Assembly: GCA_965243205.1 (NCBI GenBank)
Contig: CBDEUK010000002.1
Span: forward strand, 1,632,001 to 1,696,000
Direction of reading: 5' to 3'
DNA length: 64,000 nucleotides
Source of the DNA: Gammaproteobacteria bacterium
Lineage (GTDB): Bacteria > Pseudomonadota > Gammaproteobacteria > Eutrophobiales > Eutrophobiaceae
Position 1 is the stretch's first letter. Every line of letters starts with the position of its first letter. The position numbers and the translations under genes were made by a program. This document shows positions 62,070 to 64,000 of this stretch, one piece after another. The notes beneath the pieces are model-generated. The model was not told where the DNA came from. It did not search any database and was given only the letters and a program-made list of their open reading frames with translations.

Positions 62070-62720
62070 CTACTCTAAAACTTCTTCTTCCTCTTCTTCT
62101 AATTGTATTTGGCCATCTTGTAATTTAAATTTGTATTCTTGTAATATATTTTCTATTTCAACTTGCTTTAAACCAGTAAAGCCTTCTGATTGTACAAGCC
62201 CATCAATCCTGTTTTTATTTTCATATAACTCCATTAATTCGATATTGGCCTTGTATAAAATTGCATTTTTTACTTCTTGCTCCTGAATAATAGATTCTTT
62301 CTCAGCTACTGTTTCTTCTAATTCAGCCTTCTCGCCATTTAACTGTTGTACAACAAGCACTGTATCTTGATATTTTGCAATCACATCCCGTAATTGACCT
62401 TCACGCTTATCGATTTTTTCATCACGTTTTTCAACCGTATTATTTAAACCAGCTACTCTCCCTTTATATTTATCAATAGTAGCTTCATTCTGACTGATTT
62501 CTTTTTTGGCTTTTTTTAAATCTTTTTCTAACTCTTTATTATCTTTCTTAAGCTGGATTATTTCTTGTTCTAATGCTGCTTTCTGAGTATTTAATTCTTG
62601 CATCATATACTGCATGCGCTTCATAGCTTGATCAGCACCTGAGGATCCACCATCTCTAGTAGCTCCAGCATAAACAATGAAACTAAGAAAAAAAGATAGA
62701 AATAAAACAGAATATTTCAT
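62070..62720 (-). CDS. Exported coiled-coil hypothetical protein
   Basis: Signal peptide, long heptad pattern, KN..LY and FTGLKQVEIEN near the C-terminus. Confidence 0.7.
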   Translation of the reverse strand: MKYSVLFLSFFLSFIVYAGATRDGGSSGADQAMKRMQYMMQELNTQKAALEQEIIQLKKDNKELEKDLKKAKKEISQNEATIDKYKGRVAGLNNTVEKRDEKIDKREGQLRDVIAKYQDTVLVVQQLNGEKAELEETVAEKESIIQEQEVKNAILYKANIELMELYENKNRIDGLVQSEGFTGLKQVEIENILQEYKFKLQDGQIQLEEEEEEVLE

Positions 62721-62724
62721 GAAT

Positions 62725-64000
62725 TTAGAATTTGGCGCTTAAGTCCAATTGAAATATATCAAAACCAAGTTTAGGCCCATCAATTTGATCGGTGCTAAAA
62801 TAACGTGCTTGCATAAATACATTATCAAGAATTCCATATCTGCCGCCAAGAATAAATCCTTTTCCATTTGTACCGCCACCTTGGAAATTAGACTCTGTAA
62901 AAGCATCAAGCACAGCGTCGCGTTGTAAATATTTATATCCACCAAACACTTGCCACTTACCTGCTTTCGTGTAATCAGGCCAACCCGCGGTCAGTTTTAC
63001 ATAATAACCCAGATTTCGTGACTTTAAATCCTCTAAGGTTGGCGTTCTAATAAATTGACTTTGGTATAAAGCAGCAACTCCATTACCACCCGCCGTCAAA
63101 TTGTTAAATATTTCTTCTGCATCATAACCAATGTTATAAACCACATCTCCAGTAAATATCAGATGTATTGGTGCTAAGCCTGTCCAATCATAACTCGCTG
63201 TTAAATTTATTTGATTAAAATCAGATGCCAGTCCATATAAAGCAGTTTGGTTAGTAAGATCTTCATCATTTCTAATATCAAACATTGTATTTCCGCCCTG
63301 AACAAACGTCGGAGCAGTAAAGTCGTTTTCTTGAAAACTTACATTTGCAACACCAACCCCTGCAAAATTATTTCGCTTTCCTCTTGTATTTATATAATCA
63401 TAATAAGATATAGCGAACTTTAATTTCGATTGATCATTAAACACTAATTCTGATCCAACTTGACCACCGATCATCCATTTATCTTGAGAAGAAAAATCTA
63501 TTTGGTCTAAAGGGAATGCACCAAAGGTAGCAAACAGAGTTTTACTATTATCATTTAATGCCAACAAGCTATCTGATCCAGCTAAATTCTTTTTGAATTG
63601 AACCGCAAAACCTTCGTAACTTAAATCCACATCAAACACTAATTGAGTAGAAAAAAATGGATTCTTGAATCGACCTATCATGGTGGTTAACCATGGATAA
63701 GCATCCTCATCCAAAAATTTATATTTCATAAATAGACGGTCAATTTGAGTATCAAAACGACGACCATCATTTCCTAATGTCTGATTGACTGAAACAGGAT
63801 TATTTATATTACCTGTTGTTAAACGAATACCAACATCAACGTTATCCGTTATTTCCGTATCTAATGAAAGTCTTAAGCGTTGCCTAAATCGATTTCTAGT
63901 ACGTGTTCGATTATTAAAAAACTGATTTGGATCCTGATTTGCTGGGTCTAGTCTAGAAACAGTATCAAGATCTCTTTGAGCAGCATTAAGCGCCAAAAAA
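62725..64000 (-). CDS. Putative outer-membrane porin, C-terminal part (runs off the right edge)
   Basis: RFRQRLRL, RLTTGN...PVSVNQTLG, DAVLDAFTESNF.GGGTN.KG, C-terminal QLDLSAKF. Confidence 0.78.
   Translation of the reverse strand, partial: FLALNAAQRDLDTVSRLDPANQDPNQFFNNRTRTRNRFRQRLRLSLDTEITDNVDVGIRLTTGNINNPVSVNQTLGNDGRRFDTQIDRLFMKYKFLDEDAYPWLTTMIGRFKNPFFSTQLVFDVDLSYEGFAVQFKKNLAGSDSLLALNDNSKTLFATFGAFPLDQIDFSSQDKWMIGGQVGSELVFNDQSKLKFAISYYDYINTRGKRNNFAGVGVANVSFQENDFTAPTFVQGGNTMFDIRNDEDLTNQTALYGLASDFNQINLTASYDWTGLAPIHLIFTGDVVYNIGYDAEEIFNNLTAGGNGVAALYQSQFIRTPTLEDLKSRNLGYYVKLTAGWPDYTKAGKWQVFGGYKYLQRDAVLDAFTESNFQGGGTNGKGFILGGRYGILDNVFMQARYFSTDQIDGPKLGFDIFQLDLSAKF

Noticed and set aside
1-64000. 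CRISPR arrays, tRNA/rRNA, IS elements, prophage or defence genes
   Set aside because: No regularly spaced repeats, RNA-gene signatures, transposase, integrase or phage motifs were seen; intergenic gaps are short and the hairpins differ in sequence, so they are not a REP family

Overview
AT-rich, gene-dense chromosomal segment of a Gammaproteobacterium. The assignment rests on gene order and protein families (hemCDXY, aroQ-accBC-prmA, leuS-lptE-holA-proA-nadD-rsfS-rlmH). I saw no tRNA/rRNA, CRISPR array, integrase or transposase. Three blocks stand out from the housekeeping genes. (1) A ~15 kb phosphate/polyphosphate cluster (sixA, ppx, ppk1, phoU, pstSCAB, phoBR, OprO/P-type porin) with three visible Pho-box arrays. 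(2) A five-gene minus-strand redox operon (36366-41306), the best candidate for an undescribed system. It encodes a NirB-like FAD/NADH + [2Fe-2S] protein in which the siroheme catalytic half is replaced by a His-bearing membrane domain, an 11-heme cytochrome c, a Tll0287-like monoheme protein, a cytochrome c5 and a single-domain globin. Its leader carries a sigma54 promoter, an IHF site, NtrC-like sites and an ANTAR-type hairpin overlapping a terminator, which points to nitrogen and nitrate/nitrite control. (3) A pyrophosphate-economy signature (membrane PPase and PPi-type phosphofructokinase) together with phosphoribulokinase and an isolated, atypical soxYZ pair. All calls come from reading motifs by eye; no database searches were run.
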